Shown: positions 1-13,409, numbered from the stretch's first letter. The stretch is 64,000 nt of DNA from Mobula hypostoma (GCF_963921235.1 NC_086108.1:55182001-55246000); one strand, 5' to 3'. The notes: generated by a model from the letters alone, not told the origin. Made by a program: numbers and translations.

Positions 1-270
1 TGGAGATGCTGCATTTAATTCCCTCATCTAAGTCATTAATATATATTGTAAACAACTAGGGTCCCAGCACTGAGCCTTGCGGTACCCCACTAGTCACTGC
101 CTGCCATTCTGAAAAGGTCCCATTTATTCCCACTCTTTGCTTCCTGTCTGCCAACCAATTCTCTATCCACATCAATACCTTACCCCCAATACCGTGTGCT
201 TTAAGTTTGCACACTAATCTCCTGTGTGGGACCTTGTCAAAAGCCTTTTGAAAATCCAAATATACCACAC
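1..270 (-). mobile_element. CR1-type LINE, RT fragment
   Basis: ORF 56..268: VYLDFQKAFDKVPH...VTSGVPQGSVLGP, the CR1 ORF2 RT motifs; runs off the window edge. Confidence 0.95.
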
Positions 271-668
271 CTGGGTTGGACTTGGTGTTTTGCAGGAAGG
301 GTTGACAAATTATCTCAAAGTCATGAGGACATGACTAAATGTGGTGGGGGGAGAGTCTGACACCCTGGGAAAGGTTTCACTGCTAACGTAATGGTAAGCT
401 TCCAATGTGCACATTAGACTGTTTCATTAAAATGGGCCCTTTTCTTTTTATTTTTTCTTTATTAGTCAAATTAAAAATTATAAAGCCAAATCATTTATTT
501 GCATATGGTGTACTGTTTGTTATTTCGTGGTACTGATTTGTAACAGGGTAATAAATCATGCAGCATCAACACAAACAAGAGGTTTTGCATCTCAGATTTC
601 ACACGTTTGACGGGGCCAGAGACCGTCTTCCCCAGACTAATGCCGCCGGTCGAACCTGAGGGTTACAT
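271..668 (+). mobile_element. 3' part of an LTR, related to the solo LTR at 25409-26111
   Basis: Ends ...GAGGGTTACA; shares GCATATGGTGTA..TGTTATTT and CATC(A/T)ACACAAAC with the reverse complement of ~25490-25555. Confidence 0.55.
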
Positions 669-689
669 GTATATGTATATCAAATAATT

Positions 690-2375
690 AAGTTAAAATA
701 AGAAGTGCAAAAACAAAAATAAATTTTAAAAAGTAGTGAAGTAGTGTTCATGGGTTTAATGTTCCGAATCGCTGAGTGTGTGCCTTCAGGCTTCTGTCCC
801 TCCTTCCTGACAGTAACAATGAGAAGAGGACATGTCCTGGGTGATTAGGGTCTTTAATAATGGATGTTAACTTTCTGAAGCACCGCTTCTTGAAGATGTC
901 TTGGATACTACGGAGGCTAGTAGCAATGATGGAGCTGACTAATTTTACAACTTCCTGCTACTTACTTCAATCCCTTGCAGTAGCCCCTCCCCACAAACCA
1001 GACAGTAATGCTCTCCACTGTACATTTGTAAAAATTTTTGAGTGTTTTAGGTGACAACCAAATCTTTTTAGACTCCAAATGAAATATGCCCACCACCTTG
1101 TCTTCTTTATAGTTGCATCGATGTGACCAGGTTAGGTTCTCAGAGATATTGACACCCAGGAACTTGAAATTGCTCACTCTCTCCAGTCTATGAGGATTGG
1201 TTCATGTTCCCTCATCCTATCCTTTCTGATGTCCACAATCAGCTCTTTGGTCTTATTAACATCTTCGTCAGGGATGATGCCTAGGCATGGTTCGTCCAGT
1301 GGTACGTCTGTAGAAGTCATTGTCCATCTCTCCTGATTGGTTAGTCCTCATCCAGTCAGGTTTCTGCTTTCCCACTTTGTTTAAAATTGAATTCCAGTTC
1401 TTACTTGGAGAAAGACCTTGTTGTATCATCAGTAAATTCATAGATGGCATTTGACTTATACTTAGCCACACAGTCATGGGTGTAGAGAGAGTAGTGGGCT
1501 ACGCACACATCCCCGTGGTGCACTAGTATTGACTCTCAGCGAGGTGGAGAAGCTATTTCCAATCTGCACAGACTGTAGTCTTCCAGTTAGGAAGTTGAGG
1601 ATCTAGGTGCGGTGGGGGGTGGGGGGTGGGTACAGAGGCCCAGGTTCTGCAGCTTTTCAATCAGGACTGCAGGAATGGATGGTGTTGAGCACTGAGCTAT
1701 AGTCAATAAACAGCATCCTAACATATTTATTTGTATTTTCCAGGTGACCCAAGGGTGCATGGAGAGCCACTGAGATCGCATCTGCCGTAGACCTATTGTG
1801 GTGATACGGTCCAGGTCCTTACTCAGATTGGAGTTAATTCTAACCATGAGCAACCTCTCAAAGGATTTCTTCACTGTAGACTTGAGTGCTACTGGACGAT
1901 ATTTGTTAAGGTAGCTTATACTGTTCTTCTTGGGCACTGGCATACTTTTTGCCCTTTTGAAGCAGGTGGGAACCTCATAGCAATGAGAGGCTGCAAATGT
2001 CTTTGAATACCCCCACCATCTGGTTGGCACAAATTTTCGGAGCCTTACCGGGTTACTCCATCAAGGCCTGCTGCCTTGTAAAGGTTCACCCTCCTGAAAG
2101 ACACCAATGTTGGCCTCCAAGACAGAGATCACAGGGTCACCAGATGCTGCAGGGATCTTCACAGCTGTAGTTCTATTCTCCTTTCAAAGGGAGCATAAAA
2201 CACATTGAGCTTGACTGGAAGTGAAGCATCATTGCCAATCGTGATGTTGGTTTTGCTTTGTAGGAAGTAATGGCTTACGAAACCTGCCAGAGTTGGTGTA
2301 GAGCCAACATTGCCCCTTACCTCTCTCAGAGTTGTTTCTTAGCTCTTGAAATGGCCCTTTGCAAGTCATACCTGA
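690..2375 (-). mobile_element. Rex1/Babar-type LINE remnant (RT and 3' end)
   Basis: VPTCFK...PVPKK...KYRPVALKSTVKKSFERL (1587..2030) and FKFLGVNISENLTWS...FYKCTVESI (962..1177); frameshifted. Confidence 0.85.
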
Positions 2376-2805
2376 ATTAATTCAGTGGCTCGAAATGAAC
2401 GATTTTCAATCTGTGCTATTAATTTCTGACAGATGTCTCTTAATGCATCCATTCAATTTGTACTTGATCAGAGTTGCTATTTAATAGTTCAGTAATATTG
2501 TAAATATATTGGTTGATTAAGCATTCTTGCAGTTGACATAATGCACTGTGGGTTTTCTGTAAAAGTACTTAAATGGTATACACATCACACCATGAAGTAT
2601 ACACATTTATCTCCTGGCTCCTTGTTTTGATTTCAATTAGTTTTAATGTTTTAAAGATGCAAAACATAACAGTGATGATCAGAAACTTTTAAATGAACCT
2701 GAGACAAATACCTACATGTTGAAGTGCGGCGAGATGTTCGAGTTTAAAAGAAGAGCAGCGAGAAATAACGTACACCAGACCAATCCAGATTGAAAAGCGA
2801 ATCCT

Positions 2806-5519
2806 GGCAGGAGGATGGGAACAAGTATGAGTATGAGCTGAGGATGCGCTAGCAGCTTTACATTTAAATGATGGGTGTAACACGAATGTAAGGAATAACA
2901 AGCCAATGATTAGGTACGCATGGAGACAGAGCAAAGAGTTAAATTGTACCACAGAGGCAAAATTCAAAAGGGCAAAGATGCAGGAGTGAAGGTGCTGTAT
3001 TTTAGTGCGTATAGCATTCAGAATAAGGTGGACAGCCTGGTGGTGCAATTTGAGATTGGTTAGTATGATGTTATGGGCATCATTGAGTCTCAGCTGAAAG
3101 AAAGCCATAGTTGGGGGCTGAACATCAAAGGATATTCTTTGTATCGAAAGAACAGACAGGAAGGACTAGGCGGTGGTGTGGCTCTGTTGGTAAAAGATGG
3201 GATTACATCTTTAGAAAGAGGTGACATAGGGTCAGAGAATGTTGAATCTCTGTGAGTGGAATTAAGAAACAGCAAGAGTGGCCAAGATGTGGGGTTGAGA
3301 TTGCAAAGGGAGCTGGAAAAGGCATGTAATAAGGATAATGTCATAATTGTATTGGGGGACTTCAATATGCAAGGGGATTGGGAAAATCAGGTTGGTGTTG
3401 GATCACAAGACAGGGAATTTGTTGAATACCTATGGCTTTTTAGAGCAGCTTGTACTTGAGCCTACTTATGGAAAGCCTTAGATTTGGTGTTGTGTAGTAA
3501 CCCAGATCTTATTAGGGAGCTTAACGTAAAGTAATCCTTAGGAGGCAGTGATCATAATATGATTGAATTCATACTGAAATTTGAGAGGGAGAAGTATAAG
3601 TCACATGTATCAGTATTGCAATGGGATAAAGGGAATTACAGAGGCATGAGAGAGGAGCTTGCCCAGGTGGATTGGAGGAGGATATTAGTGGAGATGATGG
3701 CAATGCAGAGATGGCTGAGGTTTCTGGGACTAGCTTACAAGGTGCAGGATAGATAGGTCCCACAGAAGAAGTTGTTCTCTAGTGGCAGGTCTAGGCAACC
3801 GTGGCTGACAAGGGATGTTAAGGACTGCATAAAAGCCAAGGTCCCAGAGGACTGAAAGATTGCAAATGTCACTCCACTCCTTAAGGAGTGAGGAAGGCAA
3901 AGGAAAGGAAATTACAGGTCGGTTAGCCTAACCTCAGTGATTGGAAGTGTTGGAATCTATCATGAAGGATGAGATTTCGGGGTACTTGGAGACTAATGAT
4001 AAAACAAGTCAAAGTCAGCATGGTTTCTGTAAAAGGAAATCTTGCCTGACAAATCTGTTAGAGTTCGTCAAGGAAGTAACAAGCAGATGGACAAAGGAGA
4101 GGCAGTGGATGTCATTTACTTGGATTTTCAGAAGGCATTTGATAAGGTGCCACACATTAGGCTGCTTAACAAGATGAAATCCTATGGCGTTACAGAAAAG
4201 ATACTGTCATTGATAGAGGAAAGGCTGACAGGAAGGAGGCAGCGAGTGGGAATAATGGGGGCCTTTTCTGGTCGGCTGCCAGTGACAAGTGGGGCTCCTC
4301 AGGGGTCAGTATTGGGATTGCTACTTTTCACATTGTTTATCAGTGATTTGAATAATGGAATTGATGGCTTTGTGGCAAAGTTTGTGGATGATATGAAGAA
4401 AGGTGGAGGGGTAGGTAGTGCCGAGAAAGCAATGTGATTACAGCTGGACTTAGACAAATTGGAAGAATGGGCAAAAAAGTGGCAGATGGAATACAATGTT
4501 GGGAAATGTACGATAACGCATTTTGCTAAAAGGAACAATAGTGAGGACTATTACCTAAATGGGGAGAAGGTTCAAACATCAGAGGTGCAGAGGGACTTAG
4601 GAGTCATCATTGAAGACTCCTAGAAGGTTAATTTACAGGTTGAATCCGTGGTATAGAAGACAAATGCAATGTTGGCATTTATTTCAAGGGTAATAGAATA
4701 TAAAAGCAAGGAAATAATGCTGAGCAACACACACAAAATGCTGGAGGAACTCTGCAGACCAGCGAGCATCTATGGAAAAAAGTGCAGTCAATGTTTAGGG
4801 TTGAAACCCTTCGGTAGCCTGAAACATTGACTGTACTTTTTTTCCATAGATACTGCCTGACCTGCTGAGTTCCTCCAGCATTTTGTGTGCGTTGTTCAGA
4901 TTTCCAGCATCTGCCATTTTTCTCTTGTTTGAGAGAACCTAAGGCTTTATGAGACACTTGTCTGTCCACACTGGGAGTATTGTCAACAGTTTTGGGTCCC
5001 ATATCTCATAAAGGAGATGTTGTCATTGGAGAGAATCCAGAGGAGGTTCATGAGGATGATTTCAGGAATGAGCAGTTAACATATGAGGAGCGTTTGGCAA
5101 CTTTGGGCCTGCAGTCACTGGAATTTAGAAGAATGAAGGGGGATCTCATTAAAATCTACTGAATGTTGAAAGGACTAGATAGGGTGGATGTGGAGAGGAT
5201 GTTTCCTCTGGGGAGATGTCCAGAACAGAGGGCCCAGCCTCAGAATTGAGGGTAACCCTCAATTTGCAGGGGTAAGGAGGAAATTTTTAGACAGAGGGTA
5301 GTGAATCTGTGGATTGCTCTGCCACAGACTGGACTGGAAGCCAAGTCTATATTTAAGGCGGAATTTGTTGACAGCTTCCTGATTGGTCAGGGCATCAAAG
5401 GATATGGCGAGAAGGCAGGTGTATGGGGTTGAGTGGGATCTGGGATCAGCTATGATGTAATGGCAGAGCAGATTCAATGAGCTGAATGGCCTAATTCCGC
5501 TCCTATGTCTTATGGTCTA
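2806..5519 (+). mobile_element. CR1 LINE with internal deletions (APE, RT, 3' tail)
   Basis: GIIESQLKE...GGGVALLVK, VLGDFN, DFQKAFDKVPH, GAPQGSVLG; tail TCCTATGTCTTATGGTCT. Confidence 0.95.
4724..4930. mobile_element. Short palindromic Penelope-derived insert
   Basis: CACACAAAATGCTGGAGGAACTC...GAGTTCCTCCAGCATTTTGTGTG inverted arms, homologous to the termini of the 26440-31564 element. Confidence 0.85.
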
Positions 5520-5564
5520 AAATGAAACAATGTAGGACACATGCAAAAATTACGTTGTGTAGAC

Positions 5565-6687
5565 TAGTGGTCCCCAACCACCGGGCTGTGGATCGGTACT
5601 GGGCCGCGAGCCGCGAGGAAATGATATGATTCAGCTGCACCTTTCCTCATTCCCTGACATGCCCACTATCGAACTTTAATGCACGCGAGGTCATCGGTGA
5701 CCCAAGACGTGCAAAGGAATGTGTCCGTGACCTATTTGCGAATGTTTCCGGTGAATCTTCCATGTCAGCGCGGGAAAAAGATCAACTCCTCCAGCTTGCA
5801 AATGATGGCGAGCTGAAAAGTATGTTTGACATAACATCTCTGCCAGCATTCCAGATCAAAGTCAAGGCTGAATATCCTGAGATAGCCACGAAAGCACTGA
5901 AAATGTTGCTTCCATTTCCAACATCATATTGCTGCGAAGCAGAGTTTTCTGCGATAAATGCAATGAAAACTAAATTGCGGAATAGACTGGACATAAGGAA
6001 CCCCCTTTGAGTATCTGTCTCCCATCACCCCTTGATGGGACCGTCTTGTTGCAGGAAAACAAGCCCAGGGCTCCCACTGATTCAGCGATATTGGTGTGTT
6101 GCAATGATTTTATATGTTCATATGAGGAAAGTATGCACTGTGTGTTTAATATCCAAACATTTCTTAAAATGTTATGATGCTATTAACTTATAAGTGACTT
6201 ATAATTCAGTTGTCCCCAACGTCTGGGCTGCGAAGAATGCAGCGGTACAGCGGTGGCCGGAACGCACCCAGCACACCTTTAAGAACAAAAGCAGAAATAA
6301 ACAAACTAATTAATTAGGTGCCGCCCGGCAGGTAAATGTCAGTCCAGATCAGAGGCGATTGCGTTCCGGCCACCGCTGTACCGCTGCATTCTTCACGGCA
6401 ATGTATCGGTCCGAGGCCCGGAGGTTTGGGACCACTGTTATAATTGACTTATCACTATATTCATGGGAGGAAAATATGCGCTGTGTGTTTAATATTAAAT
6501 TCATTAGATAAACCCCTTTAGAAACAAAATTGAGTGTATTACCCATTTATAAGTGACTTATAGTTGACTTGTCACCTATATTCCCATCATGATTAACACA
6601 CCCCCACCCCCACCCCGGTCGGCCAGTCCGCAAGAATGTTGTCAATATTAAACTGGTCTGCGGTGCAAAAAAGGTTGGGGATGCCTG
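5565..6687 (+). mobile_element. hAT (Charlie-type) DNA transposon deletion derivative
   Basis: TIRs TAGTGGTCCCCAACC/GGTTGGGGATGCCTG; perfect 8-bp TSD GTGTAGAC (5557-5564, 6688-6695); ORF 5762..6010 is the hAT C-terminal dimerisation region (EYPEIATKALKMLLPFPTSYCCEAEFS). Confidence 0.95.
6207..6437. mobile_element. hAT MITE nested in the Charlie element
   Basis: TIRs CAGTTGTCCCCAAC/GTTTGGGACCACTG; perfect 8-bp TSD TTATAATT (6199-6206, 6438-6445). Confidence 0.93.
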
Positions 6688-8261
6688 GTGTAGACAAAGA
6701 TAAATCGACTGTACAGAGAAGAGAAAAATAAAAAAGTCAAGTTGCAGTTTCAAAAGGAGCACTAATCTGCATTCCATTGATGAAAAATAAGGTAATGATG
6801 AAAATGATACAGGACTGAGTTCCTTGAGATTTACAGCGTGAAAATTAACACGAAACAAGCAATATGGCTTACACGAGAAGTGAATGGCAAATTCATTAAA
6901 ATGGAATTGGATATTGGCTCAGCTGTTTTAGTCATTCCACAAAATTAGTTTGAATGGCATTTTAAGGGCAATAAATGGAAGCCTGCAGGTATCTAAATAA
7001 GAACTTATACTGAAGAAAAGGTAACTCCTGTAGAATGGCATTTGTAACAGTGAAATACAATGAGTCACATTGAGCTTGTATGTGGTAAAAATAGGAGGGC
7101 CAGCATTGTGGACTGTGATTGGCCAACTCAACTACAACTTGGTTGGAGATCTATCCACCATTTGCATGTCATATCCCCTGCAATAGAGTCAACTGAAAGC
7201 AAATTAAGAGAGGTACTTTATGATGCCAAAGTTGTCTCCATGCTCTACAGAATGAACTGTTGCCCAACAGGGGGAAGCAGGTGTTGGTTCCAACTTCTGT
7301 GCCTTTGTTTGGAAAGTGTATTGGACCAAGGAAGGACCATGCTGCTCAGAGGAAGCGTAGAAGTGACGAAAGCAGTAGTCAGACTACAATAATTTTTGTA
7401 GGCAACATATCTGAGAAAGCTTCTGATATGTTAATCGTTAGCTTGTTCCTGTTTCTGTGGGTCTGTTTCTCAATCTCTTGGCATCCTCCATTGGTACTTT
7501 TGTAATCAGCACATTTTCATTTTTATACATATCTCTTTCAACATCTTTTTACTATTTTCATCTTAATTAACCTTCTATTATTTGGCATGTATTGAAATGG
7601 GAAACCATGGAGTATCAATCAGTTACAGCTGAATGAAGAAAAGAAGAAGTAACAAAAGTAGATGGGGGTGAATTGGGTGACTTTCAATTCTCCTAGATGA
7701 TCATTGTATTCATTTCACTTAGTCAAAGATCACAATGAAAAAGACAGCTATCAAATCCTCCTAAATTCATTAATTAAAAATATTCTTAACAAGTCTTCCC
7801 TATTATAGCGTTCAGTTATTTTTCAAATGATACTAAGGAACTCACTTTCTAAACTGTCTTAAAATTACCTATGCATAATTAGATTCAGTATGCTCTTGTT
7901 CCCTTTCTAATCTCTGCTAAAGTAATGATTCCAGTCTCAGGATTTTACGTCCATAACCAATTTCTCCATCTCCATGAAGCAAAACTATTTATTTAGAATC
8001 CAACACATCATTGTGAAATACTGTATATTTCTCAGCATGTATTGAAGAGTTTTAATTACTTCAGCAGTCTTTTATGAGCCTTGGCAACAGAATATTTACC
8101 GCATAGCTGTGGTCAGAATATTCCTTCAACCCGTTAACTTAATACTAAGTTTATATACAAATCAATACTGTCTTGGTAGAATCACATTTTTTTGAATGAA
8201 ACTCTTGAATCTGGAGATAACATAAATATTATCAATACATACCATTACAACCTATAAAGTA

Positions 8262-8790
8262 TACATTCAGTGACCACTTTATTAGGTGCACCTGTACCCT
8301 AGCTTATTAATGCAAACAATCTCTATGCATAAAAACATAAGGACATAGTTAAGAGGCTCAGGTGTTGTTCAGACCAAACATCAGACTGGGGAAGAAATAT
8401 GACCTAAGATGATTGGAATGATCGTTGGTGCCAGATGGGATGGTTTGAGTATCTCAGCAAGTTCTAATCTTCTGGGATTTTCACGTACAACAGTTTATAG
8501 ACAATGGTGCCAAAACAAAAAAAAAATCAAGTGAGTGGCATTCTGGAGGCAAAAAAGCCTTGTTAATGAGAGAGGTCAGTGGAGAATGGCCAGACTAGTT
8601 CAAGCTGACAGGAAGGTGACAGTAACTGAAATAACCATGTGTTACAACAGTGGTGTATGGAAGAGCATCTCTGAATGTACAACATGTCAAACCTTGAAGC
8701 GGAAGGGCTACAGCAGCAGAAGGCCACAAACATACAGTCAGTGGTCACTTTATTAGACATAAGAATGTACAGAAATCTACTATATACCCT
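8262..8790 (+). mobile_element. Tc1/mariner non-autonomous remnant
   Basis: ERGQWRMARLVQADRKVTVTEIT...SISECTTCQTLKRKGYSSRRP (Tc1 HTH region); terminal-type motif TCAGTG(A/G)(C/T)CACTTTATTAG at ~8267 and ~8738. Confidence 0.85.
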
Positions 8791-9570
8791 CTGTAATTTA
8801 ACAATATCCATGGCAGTATGTGCAAATTTTTACACAAGGAGTTAAAAATTAAAACGTAATGGTTTCTTCAAGACCTCTTCACATACAGTCACTGAAACCT
8901 CTACAAGAGATTGTTTGAGCTCAGAGAGCAATTTTTCATATGATACAACCCTTAAAGCAGATAGCAATTATCTGTTCATAGCCAATATTATATATATGAT
9001 GCTGCTTCCTCATTTTGTGTTGAATTTGTTGATTCTCCAGGTACTGCTGGAATACAATCCACCTCTGTACCTCATAATGCACTCTCATTTCGAGTCTTAT
9101 TTGAAACATTTTATGTTGAGTACTCTTGAACAGTAGGCTGATTCCCCCACTTTAGGAAACATCCTCTCCACATCCACACTATCTAGGCCTTTCAATATTT
9201 GATAGGTTTCAATGAGATCCCCCCTCCCATTCTTCTAAACTCCCGCGAGTAAGGGCACAGAGCCATCAAATGCTCCTCAAACTTAAAACTCTTCATCCCC
9301 AGAAACATTCTCCCGAAGCTCCACTGGACCTTCTCCAATGCCAACACATCTTTTCTTAGATGAGGGGCTCAAAATTGCTCCCAAAACTCCAAGTGCAGTC
9401 TGACCAATGCCTAATAAAGCCTCATCCTTACATCCTTGCTCTTATATTCTAGTCCTCTTAAAATGAATCTTGACATTGCATTTGTCTTTCACATCACCGA
9501 CTCAGGCTGAAAGTTAACCTTTAGGGAATACTGCCTAAGATCTCTCAAGTCCCCTTGCACTTCAAACTTA

Positions 9571-9883
9571 GGAAGAATAAACATGAGAACGTCTGTAGTT
9601 GCTGGAAATCCAAAGCAACACACACAAAATGCTGGAGGAACTCAGCAGGCCAGGCAGCATCCATGGAAAAGAGTAAACAGTCAACGTTTCAGGATGAGAC
9701 CCTTCATCAGGACCCCACTCCAGTGCAAAGTCTCTTCCAGGGATGCCTACCCTGAAGAAGTTTAAATCTTCCCTTCGACGGGAGTTCAGTGAAACTCTCT
9801 CTCACTTTTTTATTGTTTACACTTTTCCATGAATGCTGCTTGACCTGCTGAGGTCTTCCAGCATCTGCAGATTTTCTCATGTT
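9571..9883. mobile_element. Penelope-derived short element with inverted ends
   Basis: AAACATGAGAA...TTCTCATGTTT inverted termini; PLE terminal sequence. Confidence 0.8.
9680..9713 (-). ncRNA. Minimal type I hammerhead ribozyme motif
   Basis: Reverse complement GTC-CTGATGA-AGG-GTCTCAT-CCT-GAAA-CGTT-GAC: both core boxes plus stems I and II intact. Confidence 0.75.
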
Positions 9884-12293
9884 TAGAAAATAGGTTATGC
9901 CTTTATTCTTTCTACCAATGTGCATGACCGTACACTTCACTACATTATATTCCACTGCACTTCTTTGCCCATTCTCCCAAGTCATTCTCCTATGTTATTC
10001 TGCAGACTCCCTGCTTCCTTAGCACTACGTGCCTCTCCACTTATCTTTGTATCATCTGTAAATCTGGACACAAAGCCATCAATTCCATCAGCCAAATCAT
10101 TGACATATAACGTGAAAAGAAGACATCCTAAAACAGACCCCTGTGGAACACCACTAGTCACCAGCAGTCAACCCGAAAAGACCCTCTTTATTCACACTTT
10201 TACCTCCTGCCAGTCAGCCACTCTTATGTCCATGCTAGAATCTGTCCAGTAATGCCATGGGCTCTTATCTTGTTAAGCAGCCTCACGTGCAGCACCTTGT
10301 CAAAGGCCTTCTGTAAATCCAAGTAAACAGCATGTACTGCCTCTCTTTTTGTTTATCCTGCTTGTTATTTACTCAAAAAATTCCAACAGATTTGTCAGGC
10401 AAGATTTTCCCTTAAAGAAACCATGATGACTTTGGCCTATTTTATCATGTACCTCCAAATTACCTGAAACCTCAACCTTAATTATCGACTCCAACATCTT
10501 CCCAACCACTGAAGTCATGTTAACTGGCCTGTCATATCCTTTCTTCTGCTTCCCTTTCTGAAAGAGTACAGTGACATTTGCAATTTTCCAGTCCTGCGTG
10601 AACATTCCAGAATTCAGTGTTTCCTGAAAGATCATTACTAATGCCTCTACAATCTCTTCAGCTACCTCTTTCAGAACCCTGGGTGTAGTCCATCTGGTCC
10701 ACGTAACTTATCTACCTTTAAGCCTTGCAGCTCCTCAAGCACCTTCTCCTCAGTAAAGGCAACTACATTCACTTCTGCCACCTGACACTCTTCTGGAACA
10801 CTGCCCATGCCTTCCACAGTGAAGAATAATGCAAAATACCTAATCCTATTATTGGATAGCTTACCTTCATATTTCATCTTTACTCTCCTAATGTTTTTAG
10901 TTGCCTTCTATTGGGTTTTAAAAGCTTCTCAATGCTCTAACTTCCAACTAATTTTTACTATACATGTCTTCTATTTTCCTCTTATGCTGTCATTAACCTC
11001 CCTCGTCACTCACAGTTGCCTCATCCTCTCTTTAGAATACACCTTCAGCCCGTGGTGTATTTATCCTGTGCCAGGCATGTTGCCTCCAGAAACACCAGCC
11101 ACTGATGTTCTGCCGTCATCCGTGCTAGTGTCCCCTTTCAATCAACTTGGGCCATTACCTCTCTCGTGCCTCTGAAGTTCCCTTTTCTGCACTTCAATCT
11201 TCTCCCTCTCAAACTGCAGAGTGAATTCTATCATACTATGATCATTGACTCCTAAGGGTTCCTTCCCTTTAAGCTCCCTAATGAAAACTGGTTCATTACA
11301 AAACACCCAATCCAGAATTGTGTTTTGCTGAGTGGGCTCAAGCACAAGCTGCTCTAAAAAAGCCATCTTGTTGGCATTCTACAAATTCTCCAGGTCATAC
11401 CTGCCCCAGCAGAGATCCCAATGATCCAGAAATCTGAAACCCTGTCCCCTGCACCAGTTCCTCAGTCACCCATTCATCTGTACTATCATCCTATTCCTAC
11501 CCTCACTAGCACATGACACTGAGAGTGATCCAGAGATTACTACCTTGGAGGGCCTACTCTTCAACCTCTTCCCCAATTCACTATACTCACTGCACAGGAC
11601 ACCCTCCCCTTTTCTCCCTATGATGTTGGTGCAATGGTGGAACACAACTGTTGGCTGCTCACACTCTGTCTTGGCAACCGCTCTGAGGCATCGGTGACCC
11701 TAGCACCTGGGGGGGGGGCAACATACCAACTCTTTTGTGGCCACAGAATCTCCTCTCTGTACCCTTGACTATCGAGTTTCCTATCACTGTCACTTTATGT
11801 GACTTTATTCTTCTCTGCTGAGCCAGAGCCAATCACCGTGCCACTGACTTGGCTGCTGTTTCTGTGCCCTGATAGGTCATCCCCTCCCCACCCCCAGAGG
11901 TATACTTTTTGCTGAGGGGAATGGCCACAGGGGAACTGTAAACTATCTGCTTACTCCCCTTACTTCTCCTGGTGCTCACCCATTTACAATCTGAAGCCTG
12001 TGCTCTAGTGATCAATGTCTTTTCAATTTTAAAAAGATAATTTCTAGATTTACATCTTTTAGTTTTCCCAATGTCCAATTTCCTTATTTCTGACCAACTG
12101 GGAAGTGTGGAGTCTCACATGCAGGTAAGTCTCCTTCTCCCTGTGGCTATGTTGTGAAGTTTTCTCTGTTTTAGTTGCCTCCGTCACTGTCACCTCCACC
12201 ACCTCTGCCATTTTCCCTTCAAAACTGGTTTAGAAAAGAGTTATCCATTCATCCATATTTTGTCAAGAGTAAACCTTGTTGTGGCAAGCGACA

Positions 12294-12417
12294 ACAGGAA
12301 TTCTGCAGATGCTGGAAATTCAAGCAACACACATAAAAGTTGCTGGTGAACGCAGCAGGCCAGGCAGCATCTCTAGGAAGAGGTGCAGTCGATGGTTCAG
12401 GCCGAGACCCTTCGTCA
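12294..12417 (-). mobile_element. 5'-truncated Penelope terminal fragment
   Basis: Near-identical to ~26444-26567; 13-bp TSD GTGGCAAG(C/T)GACA (12281-12293, 12418-12430). Confidence 0.92.
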
Positions 12418-12619
12418 GTGGCAAGTGACATTAACTTCATATTTGTGGTGGTGTATCACCATATCAGTGACATACCATTTAGATTTATATTGTAAAGACT
12501 GGAAGAAAATATAAACATCTGAATTCAAATCCTATTCTTGTAGCTCTGGAAATTGGTTTGTCACAAATATCCATTTGTATCATTAGTGCCATTCAAGAAA
12601 ATAGCCTGCTCTTACCTGC

Positions 12620-12960
12620 TCAACTTGATGTGACCAGTCCCACGTGGTTAACTCCAAATTAACACAGCAAGCTACTCATTTATAGCTCATGAATGGACAT
12701 AGGCACTGAATTTGATGTGGCAAAGTAATTCCCTGCCTAAGCAACCTCGTAAAGTCCTCTTCACAAACATTAAAGTCTGTTGTTGCACAAAGAAAGATGT
12801 AGTTTTTGGAGATGCGTCCTCCCAATCACAAGACATTACTGCAGAAACTCCTGAGAGCACTGCCCTCAGCGCAAACATGTTCAGCTGTTTCACCAACGAT
12901 GTTTTTCCTGATAAAGCCAGAAGTGATAACATCCACTTGTACATTACTCCTTGATATAGG
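12620..12960 (+). mobile_element. Ancient LINE RT fragment
   Basis: SSQSQDITAETPESTALSANMFSCFTND resembles a degenerate GVPQGSALGP.IFSCFIND. Confidence 0.6.
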
Positions 12961-13409
12961 TTAATGACTTCAAACAGCAAAGAGAAGTGGTGGGCATTTG
13001 TGTTAGATGTAACTTGTGGGAGTACCGAGAAGGAAGGAGAGGGGATTGGAACCTATGGGATTGCTTTTCTGGGAGCCAGCATAGTGATGGACTAAATATT
13101 TTTCTGTCAGTGGAATTATAAATTAACTCAATATTACTATAGCCATAGCATGTTATTTTTCATACCAGCCTGAGGGTTAGTAACTACTGCTTTAGGAAAT
13201 TGTATTCCGTAATCCTGAGCAACAGTGTCTTTACTGTACAGATGCTCTTTTTTTGCTATTTCCTTTATATTCATAATGTCCAAACCTTCCGCAAGGTTTC
13301 TTCCATGATTTCCCTTTCCAATTTCTCCAATGTTACAATCTTGTGATACCATTTTATAAACCATGGTTGGTCCTCAAATCATGAAATCTCTGACAATATA
13401 ATTTCATGC

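Larger units (their letters stand above)
2470..7230 (+). mobile_element. Decayed Gypsy LTR retrotransposon (gag zinc-knuckle and protease remnants), split by a CR1 and a hAT
   Basis: TPDQSRLKSES at ~2771 resumes as NNVGHMQKLRCVDKDK at ~5526/6696; IKMELDIGSAVLVIP (aspartic protease D[T]GS-like) at ~6895-6940. Confidence 0.7.
9150..11990 (-). mobile_element. Fragmented CR1 LINE (ORF1 end, APE, RT, 3' part)
   Basis: FLEQLVLEPT..ILDWVFCNEP, DWKIANVTVLFQKG..YDRPVNMTSVVGK, SCLTNLLEFFE. Confidence 0.9.

Noticed and set aside
12712..12954. 80-aa host ORF
   Set aside because: Better explained as degenerate LINE RT
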